A program made the position numbers and the translations under genes. Positions 18,531 to 27,960 of a stretch of DNA of 64,000 nucleotides are shown here, one piece after another. Source of the stretch: a virus; IMG/VR virus record IMGVR_UViG_3300010399_000032; one strand, 5' to 3'. Position 1 is the first letter of the stretch, and each line of letters opens with the position of its first letter. The notes beneath the pieces are model-generated. The model made no database searches. It was not told where the DNA came from and saw only the letters and a list, made by a program, of their open reading frames with translations.

Positions 18531-19736
18531 TTAGAAAGTTTGCTCGGCATTTTCGGCCGGCGGCGATGGCTCCGGTGCAGGAGGAACAATTTCCGCGTCG
18601 ACCTTCTGGTAGAGTTCAAGGAACCCCTTCTTCATTTCATTATCGAAGCGGTTCAGACAAAGGGTAATTGCCTTCATCTTATCATATCCGAAGATCATAT
18701 ACGCCTCAGCAATATGCACAAGCCGGCGAGTGGAAATCAAATCATTGATTGCACCCTGTTCAAAACTCTTACGAGTAATGTTGGCCCATTGAACGAGATT
18801 TCCGACAAAGGCATCATTCTCATAATCATGCATTGCAAACACGTTACGGAGGATCTTTTCCTCAATCTTGATAGGTGGATAATCCTGTTCAAAGGTGATG
18901 GGGAAACGCTCTAGGAACGCCTCATTAAGCACATTGGTTCCGATGAACCGACCATCAGATGAACCCTTACCCTTGGTATTAGCCGTTGCAATGATGGTAA
19001 AACCAGGTGCTGGATAGACCACGCGGTTGATTGGCTTAAGGAAAATAGGCTTTCCTTCCAGGACAGGCTGGAGGCACATCAACTTGGAATCACCCAGATC
19101 GATTTCATCCAGGAGCAGGACAGCGCCTCGCTCCATAGCGATAACAACCGCTCGGTCACGCCAAACAGTCTGACCATTGGCCAATTCGAAACCACCAATC
19201 AGGTCATCCTCATCCGTCTCACGGGTAATATTCACCCGGATCAATTCTCGCCCAGTCTGGGCGCAAACTTCCTCAGGGGTAATGGTCTTGCCGTTACCGG
19301 ACAGACCCGTGATAAAGATTGGATAAAACTTACGGGAAGCAACGATTGACTTGATATCCCCATAATTGCCAAAGGGCACATAACCCGGCAATGGCTTAGG
19401 AATATAGGAAATCGCGGGAGGAGCCTCAGTACTCGGGTTCATTGCAGGGGCCTGAACCGACACCGGCTCAGGTGCGATATTGACCACGGGCTGAGGAGAC
19501 TGTACGGGAACAATACGATCCTGCCGGGATCGCTTGGCAGGACCTGCAACTGGTCCGGTCAGTGAATAAACACCACGAGCAACGCGCAACTTAGGATCAT
19601 TAGTCAGCCAGGCCGGCAACTTGATCTTGAGCGCCGAGGAAACATTAATAACCTGGGCCCGGTTGACGGTCTTAACGTCACCATAAAATTCCTTAATCTT
19701 ATCAAGGAATTCTTGACGGTCTACATGCTTAGGCAT
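18531..19736 (-). CDS. MoxR/CobS-like AAA+ ATPase
   Basis: GLSGNGKT, LLLDEIDL, ATANTKGKGS.DGRFIGTNVLNEAFLERF, ISTRRLVHI. Confidence 0.92.
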   Translation of the reverse strand: MPKHVDRQEFLDKIKEFYGDVKTVNRAQVINVSSALKIKLPAWLTNDPKLRVARGVYSLTGPVAGPAKRSRQDRIVPVQSPQPVVNIAPEPVSVQAPAMNPSTEAPPAISYIPKPLPGYVPFGNYGDIKSIVASRKFYPIFITGLSGNGKTITPEEVCAQTGRELIRVNITRETDEDDLIGGFELANGQTVWRDRAVVIAMERGAVLLLDEIDLGDSKLMCLQPVLEGKPIFLKPINRVVYPAPGFTIIATANTKGKGSSDGRFIGTNVLNEAFLERFPITFEQDYPPIKIEEKILRNVFAMHDYENDAFVGNLVQWANITRKSFEQGAINDLISTRRLVHIAEAYMIFGYDKMKAITLCLNRFDNEMKKGFLELYQKVDAEIVPPAPEPSPPAENAEQTF

Positions 19737-19767
19737 GGCATATCCTTTTAAATGTCACAATAGGAAG

Positions 19768-19803
19768 GTAATAACGGTTGCCTCGGTTTTCAAGGCAACC
19801 GGG
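19768..19803 (-). promoter_or_regulatory. inverted repeat with possible promoter upstream of AAA gene
   Basis: GGTTGCCTTG-AAAAC-CGAGGCAACC dyad; TTGAAA-N17-TACCTT. Confidence 0.4.
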
Positions 19804-19805
19804 TT

Positions 19806-22130
19806 CTATTCTCCAGTGATTACAGAAATAAATTTCTGCAAAACCACTCGGTTCAGTTTCTTAGATTCATACATCTTCTGGAAGGCCTTAGCGAGACCGG
19901 CCTTGGACTCCTTCTTTACAACCATTCCTTCCATTCCCAATTCGTTCATGAACTTAGGATTCACAAGGTATTCCAGATCGTAACCGGAATTGACCGTCTG
20001 CACATAACCATCCTTGATATAGGTATCTCGCATTTGAGTGGCCTTGGTATAATCAACCTTATACCGACTTGAAATATAATCGGCCAGCTTAACCCGGTGA
20101 CCGGCATCATAGATGTGGAAATTGATCAGATTGACACCGCAACGATCCCGCAAACGCACCAAAAGAGGATTGGTCACCGTAAACTTGGAATTATATCCAT
20201 ATCCATATCCATTTCCAATTTCCATGGGATAGACCTTACGAGTCTCATTATCTTGCATATAACCTTCATCAGGAGCATACATGCCCTTGTTTTCCTGCTG
20301 GAATTCACTCCAGGTCGGGTAAGATGCATTGGAATCACCATCAGTCAAGAAAATAACATTGGTTACCTCAATCTTATACTTGGCCTGGAAAGCCTTAATA
20401 ATTTCCTCAGAAGCCACGATAGCTTCATTAAGAGGAGTACCAGGCATAGTATCCCTCTCACACCGGAAACCATTCGCCATACCCCACAAATACACCAGCA
20501 TGGTATTATACTCACTTTGGGTCATTCGCGAGGATAGGAAATTACGGAACTTAAGATTGCCGAATTGAATGGTATTAGCCTTTCTGGTTTGTTGGTCATA
20601 AACCTTAGGCCATATTTGATTAATGTTATTATAATCAGCCCCATTAACATCCCGGAAACTATATACATCAAACGGAACATTAATCTGCCGACAAAACATC
20701 GACAAAGAAATCAATTGCTTAACCGTGGCGCGCAACTTGTTAGCCATTGAACCGGACCAATCAATAAACATGATAAATCCATGGTTCTTACCCTCTTGCA
20801 CCGTTTCACGGCGAAGGAACAAGTCATTATGATAAGCATAGGCATGAACCTTGCCCATATCAAGCTTACCGGACCGAGAAATTGAGGTCCTCAACTGCTC
20901 CTCAGCCGCCTTGCGCATTTCAAATTCCTTAACCAAGTAAGCGACGGTCGCTTGCTCAGTCTGCCGGAACTGATTAAATTCATTGGTGATTACTTCCAAT
21001 GTCTGGTATGGTCGATTCGGATACTTGCTATTTCGCAGATTATTCCAATAAGTATTATAATCTTGGATGACAACCTTATAATCATCAATGGACTTAAGGG
21101 CTGCACCAGGGTTAACCTTAGGAATTTCACTATAACCAATCAGAGGCGCGTCATTCTTGACCATATCCTCCAGAACCTTATTACCCGACTCAATGGTCGA
21201 AGCCTCAGGCAAAGACAGAGGGTCGTGATCCTCATCCTCAGATTTAGGTTCAGGATTTTCGTCACCAGATCCACCACCTTCATCAGAAGGCGAGGTCTCA
21301 TCATCCTCTGAGGTATCCTCCGATTCAGGTTCGGGAGTATCATCTTCAAATTCAACGGGAGTAGAAGGAGGAGGAGTCGGCATTTCCTCCTCCTCCTCAT
21401 CAAGAAGGTCCTCGATTTCCTCAGTGTCCGGAGTTTCCGGCTCAGGAAGATCATCCTCCTCAAATGTACCTTCACCACCGCCGGTGGGCTTAATCTTCAA
21501 AGTAGAAATGGGAGAAAGCTTTTGCTTTGACAATGCACAAAACTTTACGATTTCCTTGGTCAGGGCAACGGTGTCCTCCCAAGTCTTAAGATCATAAGCC
21601 TTATCGATAAAGACTTGCTCCTTGGGGCTAAACTTAATCAACATCCCGCGAGCAAGCCCGGCCTTGAAATAAACATTCATACGGTCGATGAAGGGCATCT
21701 TGTTGACCTTAGCATCATCCGTCGTACCAAAAAAACCACGATACCAGAGTTCCTGGTATCCCTTGGCATAGTCAATACGGCACCCAGGATAACGAATCTT
21801 CTGGAGCATGTCATTACGGACATCCTCCACCACATTCAAATAACCCTTGATACTGCCCACCCGCGTAGGATCACCAAAAGTGTCCTGGGCGATGGATTCC
21901 ATATCCTCAAGCCAACCTCCAGCAGGGGTGACTAGAGCATGACCCACCTCATGGATCAGCAACATATCATACAAGTGATCCGAAATATCATCCCAGACAG
22001 GGAGATTAAGGACACGGTGGAGCAAATCAAAAGACGCGGTCTTGGCCCCGGGGACATGGCGAACCAAAATGTCCTCGGTGGCCAACATCCGCGCCAACGA
22101 TGCTTTGATTGTGTGGTGATTAGTCGGCAT
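19806..22130 (-). CDS. zincin metallopeptidase - acidic linker - vWA protein (CobT-like partner of AAA+)
   Basis: HEVGH + NVVED, E/D/P-rich linker, DWSGSM MIDAS, GTPLNEA, FLTDGDS. Confidence 0.9.
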   Translation of the reverse strand: MPTNHHTIKASLARMLATEDILVRHVPGAKTASFDLLHRVLNLPVWDDISDHLYDMLLIHEVGHALVTPAGGWLEDMESIAQDTFGDPTRVGSIKGYLNVVEDVRNDMLQKIRYPGCRIDYAKGYQELWYRGFFGTTDDAKVNKMPFIDRMNVYFKAGLARGMLIKFSPKEQVFIDKAYDLKTWEDTVALTKEIVKFCALSKQKLSPISTLKIKPTGGGEGTFEEDDLPEPETPDTEEIEDLLDEEEEEMPTPPPSTPVEFEDDTPEPESEDTSEDDETSPSDEGGGSGDENPEPKSEDEDHDPLSLPEASTIESGNKVLEDMVKNDAPLIGYSEIPKVNPGAALKSIDDYKVVIQDYNTYWNNLRNSKYPNRPYQTLEVITNEFNQFRQTEQATVAYLVKEFEMRKAAEEQLRTSISRSGKLDMGKVHAYAYHNDLFLRRETVQEGKNHGFIMFIDWSGSMANKLRATVKQLISLSMFCRQINVPFDVYSFRDVNGADYNNINQIWPKVYDQQTRKANTIQFGNLKFRNFLSSRMTQSEYNTMLVYLWGMANGFRCERDTMPGTPLNEAIVASEEIIKAFQAKYKIEVTNVIFLTDGDSNASYPTWSEFQQENKGMYAPDEGYMQDNETRKVYPMEIGNGYGYGYNSKFTVTNPLLVRLRDRCGVNLINFHIYDAGHRVKLADYISSRYKVDYTKATQMRDTYIKDGYVQTVNSGYDLEYLVNPKFMNELGMEGMVVKKESKAGLAKAFQKMYESKKLNRVVLQKFISVITGE

Positions 22131-22153
22131 TTCTTCTCTCTAATTACACATCC

Positions 22154-22182
22154 AATATAATGTATGGAAATCAGAGTTTCAA
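22154..22182 (-). promoter_or_regulatory. sigma70-like early promoter
   Basis: TTGAAA-N17-TATATT upstream of peptidase-vWA gene. Confidence 0.7.
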
Positions 22183-22202
22183 CCGTTCATATGGAAAATC
22201 TG

Positions 22203-22219
22203 TGCATACCAGCTATGCA
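22203..22219. promoter_or_regulatory. palindromic LysR-type operator candidate
   Basis: TGCATA-N5-TATGCA (contains T-N11-A) about 65 bp upstream of predicted TSS. Confidence 0.4.
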
Positions 22220-22234
22220 TCCAGAGCATAGCTA

Positions 22235-23524
22235 TTATCTACCAACTTGGTCGAGATATTTTGCCTTGGTCTCATCCCATGACATATAGATCAAATCATC
22301 ATAGAAAAGCGTCTCAGAGGACACTCTCCCCTGCTCCTGGAGAGACTTAATACGTTTAGCTGCATACTTGGTCTTCCAAATATCCGAGAGGTCCTGGTAG
22401 CTTGTAGGAAACGCCTTAACCAATTGAGATTCATGTATTTCTCCTCTTAGAAATTCTCGGGAATTATTATAGAGAGGAGAAAAATAGATTCCTCTTTGGT
22501 GTTCCGATCTAATAAGGTCTTTAGGAATACTTAGCTTTGAATAAACAAAATTGTAAGAACGGTTCTTATGATCACGTTTATATGGTTGACCTGATGGTTT
22601 CTTTGCTACATACCATTCGAAATACTTGCGAGGATATTCAGCCATCAACCATTTTTGTAACATTTTCACAGTAGGTCTTGTAGCTTCATAGGAAACCGAG
22701 CCGGATGAATATCCCATTTTCTGCCAATACTTTAATCCATCATATTGACTTAAACCTCCTTGCTTGTCCTTACCATATAAGGAAGTTGTAGTGACACCGA
22801 TAAGAGTATCTCCGTACTCGGCTTTCCATCTTTGCTGTACTTCATCTGATAAGCACAATAAAGCCAGCAGTTTTCCGCCCACATAATTGTATCCTAATGG
22901 TTGTAGAGGAACAATCGTTGAGCCAATTGCAGTATAATTGATCATATGACCTTGAGTTTTGTTGGTTCTTTCCCATCCAATATATTGGTCACGAGGGGTC
23001 AAATCAAGAAAATCGGATGAAATACAAATAACACCCAGATATTTTCCTGTTACAGAATCTTCAACAATATAATTAAGATTTCGACCAATATTTGAATTAT
23101 TCTTCATAGTCGAAGTAAAAGTTCGGATACAATTCCAAGTCTCGGAGAGGTCTGCTTCCTTTGTATAGACTAGTCGAGGTTGGATATTAAGGAAATCATT
23201 AACTTCATTAGGAATCCAAAGATTAGATTTGACTTGCCTGATCAATTTATCTTGTTCGGGATCAATCAACTTGGTCTTTTTACCAAATAAAGTCATGACT
23301 GTATGAGTTGGATATTTGTTATGTATTTCGTGCCACTTCTGAAATAAAGTATATTCTCCTACACTCATTTGTGAGGCGTAAGTCAAATCCATCACTAATG
23401 CATTATATAGAGCATCCTGGTTAATTTTCTCAAAACTATCAGGATTGTTGTCTTTAACCCATTGATTATATTGTGCTTCTAACAGAGGGTCGGTGTCATC
23501 CTCAAGAATTTCAGTATCGGTCAT
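22235..23524 (-). CDS. DUF4338 / DruA-like domain protein
   Basis: GRNL.Y.V.D..TGKYLGVI...SD...L..RD.YIGW; P..P.GYN..GGKLLALL; TTTSLYG...SQY. Confidence 0.7.
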   Translation of the reverse strand: MTDTEILEDDTDPLLEAQYNQWVKDNNPDSFEKINQDALYNALVMDLTYASQMSVGEYTLFQKWHEIHNKYPTHTVMTLFGKKTKLIDPEQDKLIRQVKSNLWIPNEVNDFLNIQPRLVYTKEADLSETWNCIRTFTSTMKNNSNIGRNLNYIVEDSVTGKYLGVICISSDFLDLTPRDQYIGWERTNKTQGHMINYTAIGSTIVPLQPLGYNYVGGKLLALLCLSDEVQQRWKAEYGDTLIGVTTTSLYGKDKQGGLSQYDGLKYWQKMGYSSGSVSYEATRPTVKMLQKWLMAEYPRKYFEWYVAKKPSGQPYKRDHKNRSYNFVYSKLSIPKDLIRSEHQRGIYFSPLYNNSREFLRGEIHESQLVKAFPTSYQDLSDIWKTKYAAKRIKSLQEQGRVSSETLFYDDLIYMSWDETKAKYLDQVGR

Positions 23525-23713
23525 TTACATATCCCTGTACCGGCTGCAAAAAAGGTATAAGTATCAAGGTTAAAAGTCTGCCAGAACCCACATTGGGAAA
23601 CCGTATATATTTCAGAAAAAAAACCGAAAATCATACATATCAGTACAACGACCCATAACATAATAGCCGAGTTCATTTATCTGTTCCTTCCAGGATGGAC
23701 TCTCTATCAATGA

Positions 23714-24172
23714 TCACGTAATGCATTCCTTTAAATATTGATCAAATTTAGTTTGCATATTTTCATATATTCCTAATCCCATATTACAAACACCACATAA
23801 TAACCCACGAACTTTACCGGTAAAATGATCATGATCTACATGTAAGATATCGTAATGTTCTTTGCATATTTTACAATTACCGTGTTGGTCATCATATAAT
23901 TTTATATAATCATCAAAGGTAAAATCTATGATACCTCGGTTAATCCATTGTTTTTCCATAAATTTAGGTCGATATTGTTTTCTATATTCAGCAGCTTTGA
24001 TCGGATCATAACGTTCTTTAAAAATATTAGGATTATCAGAAATCATTTTATTATATCGATTCTTAGCCATCATTTTCAATCGATCTTTATGTTTAGCTGT
24101 ATAAAGCTTCATATAATTTGGATCACTCCTAGGTGGCAAATCTGAATAAATTTCTCGTTTCTTTCGAGCCAT
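23714..24172 (-). CDS. endonuclease VII-type free-standing homing endonuclease
   Basis: CKIC...LHVDHDH.TGKVRGLLC..CN.GLG. Confidence 0.85.
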   Translation of the reverse strand: MARKKREIYSDLPPRSDPNYMKLYTAKHKDRLKMMAKNRYNKMISDNPNIFKERYDPIKAAEYRKQYRPKFMEKQWINRGIIDFTFDDYIKLYDDQHGNCKICKEHYDILHVDHDHFTGKVRGLLCGVCNMGLGIYENMQTKFDQYLKECIT

Positions 24173-24204
24173 ATTAATTTCCTAAATTATGTATGGCTAT
24201 TTAG
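24167..24204 (-). promoter_or_regulatory. late promoter plus hairpin covering RBS/AUG of endonuclease
   Basis: CTAAATA at 24198-24204; AGCCATA..TAATTT-AGG-AAATTA.TATGGCT stem. Confidence 0.6.
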
Positions 24205-24212
24205 TAAACGCA

Positions 24213-25946
24213 TTATTTAATTTCTTGCTGATCTTCTATTATAGAGGAAAAATTTCCTTTTTTATGAAAACGAATTATTTTCTCAAACTTATCTAATAAT
24301 GCATCTGTCTTATGACTAATAACAATTGTATTAGTTCCATCAAGTAAGTCAAGCATTATTTTAAGGAAATCATCAACACCATTACCATCTAGGGATGAAT
24401 CAAAAATTTCATCCAATATCAATAGGTTAGTATTAACAGAATTCTTGAGGCGAGCCACTTTTCTCCATGTAAAGAGTATTGCTAGGTCAATTCGCATCTT
24501 TTCTCCCTCGGAAAAGTTCTGATAGGAAAATTCATCCCTATACCTAGACCTTATTGTTTCCTCAAAATTTTCGTTCATATTAAAATCAACAAAGAAACCC
24601 ATATCGGTAAGGTATTTGTTGACTTGCTTATTGATAATGGGAATATATTGCTTAATGATTTTAGATTTGATACCACCATCCTTAAGGAGATTGACGGCAA
24701 CCTCTAGGTATTGCCGATCATCAAGTAAGTCAGATTTCTTAGCTTCCAGTTCACGGAGTTCCCTACGTTTATTTTGGAGGGCTTCTGTGTTCTGGGCAAT
24801 TAACTGGTCATCAGATTGGAATCTGGTGATTGTTTGGGTTAGAGATTGGATGTTTTCAGAATAGCTTTGGATGACGGACTGTTTGGAAATGATTTCTTCT
24901 GCCAATTTTTGAGCAGCCGATTGCGATCCCACCAAATTGGTAATGTTCCGTTGAGTTTGGTCGATTTTGGTATGAAGGTCAGACAAGGCGGAGGAAATTG
25001 TGGTAATTTTCCGCCCGGCCTCAAATAATGCCGTAGCCTTAAATTCTCCATCGATAGTCTGTTTACACGTAGGGCAAGTGTCACTGTGATCATAGAATTC
25101 AACATCCTTTTTATGCCTCGTAATGTTATGTTCAATTTTAACTTGGAGAGCAAGGAGTTCCTTGTTCTTTGCCAAAAGATTTGGTAGGTCCTTGGTTGTA
25201 TCAAGGAGTGCATTCTTCTTATTGGTCAGAACTTCTATTTCCTTGGTCAATCTATCAATATCGACCTGGTATTGGGTCTTATTGGCTTCCAGCCCTGCAA
25301 CTTTCTCAGCCACATTTTCCTTGGAACTTTTGAGATTCTTGACCAGGAGTTCTTCGGTTTCAATAGTTGAAGCTAATTTAATTGCATTCTGTTGAAATTG
25401 TTCCTTGTTTTCCTGGAGTTTGGTCTTTGCTATACCACCCATAACCGAGAATACCTGGATATCCAGAAGGTCTTCAATTACAATACGCCGGTCAGCAGGA
25501 GTTAATTGCATGAATGGCACAAAAGAAGCTGAACCTAAAATAACAATCTGGGAGAATGATTTAGGTGTCATTTTAAGGATATGAGAATTCACAAAATCCT
25601 GGTAATCAAGAGTTGTTGAATTCTGATCGATTAAGCGACCATCCTTATATACCTCAAAGATATTAGGCTTCATTCCTCGAATGATCTTATAGTTATGATT
25701 ATCCGCAAAGAATTTTAATTCAACCAATAGGTCGCGCCCATTAACAGAATTTAATAATTGTGGCTTATTGATTTTCCTAAAAGGTTTTCCAAATAGAGCA
25801 AAGGTCAGGGCATCCAGAATTGTGGATTTCCCTGACCCATTTTCACCAATCATGAGTGTGGTTTTGGTCGTATTGAGCTTAACTTCCGTCCATACGTTGC
25901 CTGTTGAAAGCAGGTTTTTCCATCTAATCGTTTTGAATGTGATCAA
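24213..25946 (-). CDS. gp46: recombination endonuclease subunit gp46 (Rad50-like)
   Basis: GENGSGKS, CPTC zinc hook, FSEGEK, LILDEIFDSSLD, VISH. Confidence 0.97.
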   Translation of the reverse strand: MITFKTIRWKNLLSTGNVWTEVKLNTTKTTLMIGENGSGKSTILDALTFALFGKPFRKINKPQLLNSVNGRDLLVELKFFADNHNYKIIRGMKPNIFEVYKDGRLIDQNSTTLDYQDFVNSHILKMTPKSFSQIVILGSASFVPFMQLTPADRRIVIEDLLDIQVFSVMGGIAKTKLQENKEQFQQNAIKLASTIETEELLVKNLKSSKENVAEKVAGLEANKTQYQVDIDRLTKEIEVLTNKKNALLDTTKDLPNLLAKNKELLALQVKIEHNITRHKKDVEFYDHSDTCPTCKQTIDGEFKATALFEAGRKITTISSALSDLHTKIDQTQRNITNLVGSQSAAQKLAEEIISKQSVIQSYSENIQSLTQTITRFQSDDQLIAQNTEALQNKRRELRELEAKKSDLLDDRQYLEVAVNLLKDGGIKSKIIKQYIPIINKQVNKYLTDMGFFVDFNMNENFEETIRSRYRDEFSYQNFSEGEKMRIDLAILFTWRKVARLKNSVNTNLLILDEIFDSSLDGNGVDDFLKIMLDLLDGTNTIVISHKTDALLDKFEKIIRFHKKGNFSSIIEDQQEIK

Positions 25947-27004
25947 TTGAAATCCATAGTCAGTGCTTCGGTATGAATACCTAGCATTAATTTCTTAAGT
26001 TTATCAGAATCTACAGCTAAAGTCAAACTATCTATGTAATGTGATAATAGAGTTGGGGTATCTTCCGCAGCATCAACAGTATCTTCGGCTGTATCAATAA
26101 AATTTGTTACATCTTCAACCACGGTAATATCATGTGGATTGGCCTTATAAAGTGCATCAAGGAAAGTTTCAAAGGCATATAGATCATTTTTGGAGGCTGC
26201 CACCACTTTGACATATGAATTGGCTAAACCTTCCGGATCAACCTGTTGTTTCGCAGGATCCCGATCATCATATGAAATCATACGGAACATATGATAGGGG
26301 TTTTGCAGGAATTCTAAGGATCGGGATTCAGTATCAAAAATACTAAACCCACGAGGATCATTATAGTCACTCCAATTATGCTCAGTAAAAGCGCCGAGAT
26401 ACCTAATATTGCCAATACGGCTAGGATGATGGAAATGCCCAGAATACACAATAGGAAAATCTTGAAATAATACAGGGTCCATACCATGGTCAGATATACG
26501 CCCTTTAAGTTCTTCAAAACCCTTAAGATCAAGGTGGGAAAAAATGATATTAGTGAACTTTTTTGCATGATCTAACATTTCTAATGTTTCAGCTTGGTTC
26601 TCGGGGGTGATCCAAGGCAATAACAAAACATCCGTACCACCAAAATCAACCAGGGTTGGAACGGAATAAATCTTAATATTTTGATAACGACTACCTACCA
26701 ATTCCCTTAAGGAATTGATTTCATGGGTATTCTTGAAATATTCATCATGGTTACCCGCGAGAATATGGATAGGAATACCTAAATCATTCAAAGGTTGAAG
26801 GAAATCAACCCGGGCTCGATGAGCGGTAACAAAATTCACATACTTGCGGCGATCATACAAATCACCCAAATGAACAATAGCATCAAACTTACGATTCTGG
26901 GCTTCGGTAATAAACCAATCAGTAGATTTTTTGAAGTAATCATAAAAGACTTGGTCATCATTGCGAATTCCATAATGGGTATCGGTAATTAATCCGAGTT
27001 TCAT
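25943..27004 (-). CDS. gp47: recombination endonuclease subunit gp47 (Mre11-like)
   Basis: TDTHYG, HLGD.YDRRK, GNHD, SGHFH. Confidence 0.97.
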   Translation of the reverse strand: MKLGLITDTHYGIRNDDQVFYDYFKKSTDWFITEAQNRKFDAIVHLGDLYDRRKYVNFVTAHRARVDFLQPLNDLGIPIHILAGNHDEYFKNTHEINSLRELVGSRYQNIKIYSVPTLVDFGGTDVLLLPWITPENQAETLEMLDHAKKFTNIIFSHLDLKGFEELKGRISDHGMDPVLFQDFPIVYSGHFHHPSRIGNIRYLGAFTEHNWSDYNDPRGFSIFDTESRSLEFLQNPYHMFRMISYDDRDPAKQQVDPEGLANSYVKVVAASKNDLYAFETFLDALYKANPHDITVVEDVTNFIDTAEDTVDAAEDTPTLLSHYIDSLTLAVDSDKLKKLMLGIHTEALTMDFN

Positions 27005-27219
27005 CCGGACCTCTTAACATACATTGGTTGGTCTCTCACAATATGTATAGGATGGGTCTGCTCGATATCAAAATCCTTGATAGCAGCCTCAATTTCTACC
27101 TGAATAGCTTCCAATGTGTTACGGTAATTTGTTCGAATGTTGGTGGGGTTCCGTGTATCCCTGAGATTATCCAATAAGTTCTGGATCGGGATCGGTAGGT
27201 TCAATTTTTCCTTGATCAT
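27001..27219 (-). CDS. hypothetical protein
   Basis: 72-aa ORF between gp55 and gp47. Confidence 0.6.
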   Translation of the reverse strand: MIKEKLNLPIPIQNLLDNLRDTRNPTNIRTNYRNTLEAIQVEIEAAIKDFDIEQTHPIHIVRDQPMYVKRSG

Positions 27220-27784
27220 TCATTATCTCCTGTCGGGCAAACTTTTGCAGCCCCTTCAGTTCCTTACGCTTGCGTTTCTTTTCGGCTTCTTTAGCCTCAA
27301 ATCGTTCCATAAAGGCATTGATGTTATCATACATTTTACCTGAAACAACTCGATTATCATCTTCATCTACCAAATCAGATGAATCAATCAAAGTATCTCG
27401 GAAAAACTTGTACTTGGTATAACGATCTTTTTCCTCTTTGGCTATACGACGCAGGAAGGCATAATACACGACCTGAGTAAAATATGCAAATGGATTCTGA
27501 TATCTAACAGGATCAAAATCATGAAAGTACACCATACAATTCTCGATAGCATCGGCAATCATTTCATCCCGAAAGGAATAATTGATAAACCTCGGCATGG
27601 TGGACAATCGTGTAGCAATACGAACTATGCAGTCTCCTAGGTAGTTGGTTAGTTGTGGTGGTGTTTTTCCTTCTAGTTTATTTTTTTCAATTATCTCTCT
27701 ATATTTGACTATTTCAGAATAAAATTTCTTATTATCAATATAATTGGCTTTTTCTTTCTTTTCGTTCATTTTTCCTATTGCCAT
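27167..27784 (-). CDS. gp55: late sigma factor gp55
   Basis: YIDNK.F, F.NYS.RDEMI.DAIENC, NPFAYFTQ..YYAFLRRI.KE. Confidence 0.96.
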   Translation of the reverse strand: MAIGKMNEKKEKANYIDNKKFYSEIVKYREIIEKNKLEGKTPPQLTNYLGDCIVRIATRLSTMPRFINYSFRDEMIADAIENCMVYFHDFDPVRYQNPFAYFTQVVYYAFLRRIAKEEKDRYTKYKFFRDTLIDSSDLVDEDDNRVVSGKMYDNINAFMERFEAKEAEKKRKRKELKGLQKFARQEIMNDQGKIEPTDPDPELIG

Positions 27785-27827
27785 TGATGTAAAAGTACAT
27801 TACGCTCCGCGCGTCCATTAGATTCGT

Positions 27828-27908
27828 TTAACGTTCCTTAGTAACTTTCCGTGTTTCTACTATTCGATACTTTTCGAACTTCTTAGTTAATTTCGATATT
27901 GCTTCCAT
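27828..27908 (-). CDS. possible 26-aa basic peptide
   Basis: strong GGAGAGGAG RBS then MEAISKLTKKFEKYRIVETRKVTKER*. Confidence 0.35.
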   Translation of the reverse strand: MEAISKLTKKFEKYRIVETRKVTKER

Positions 27909-27960
27909 ATTATTCTCCTCTCCAACCGAAGTGGTGAGCGAACGAAGTGAAGCGAACTCG

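Noticed and set aside
18531-22130. Cobalamin biosynthesis (cobS/cobT) auxiliary metabolic genes
   Set aside because: No cobN or other cob genes here; partner has a peptidase domain; generic MoxR-vWA pair is more defensible
23525-23713. Possible small gene between endonuclease and DruA-like gene
   Set aside because: All minus frames are broken by stops around an A8 run; could be a frameshifted remnant but not supportable
23714-24172. gp49 Holliday junction resolvase
   Set aside because: Nuclease domain is C-terminal behind a basic N-terminal region, typical of EndoVII-type homing endonucleases
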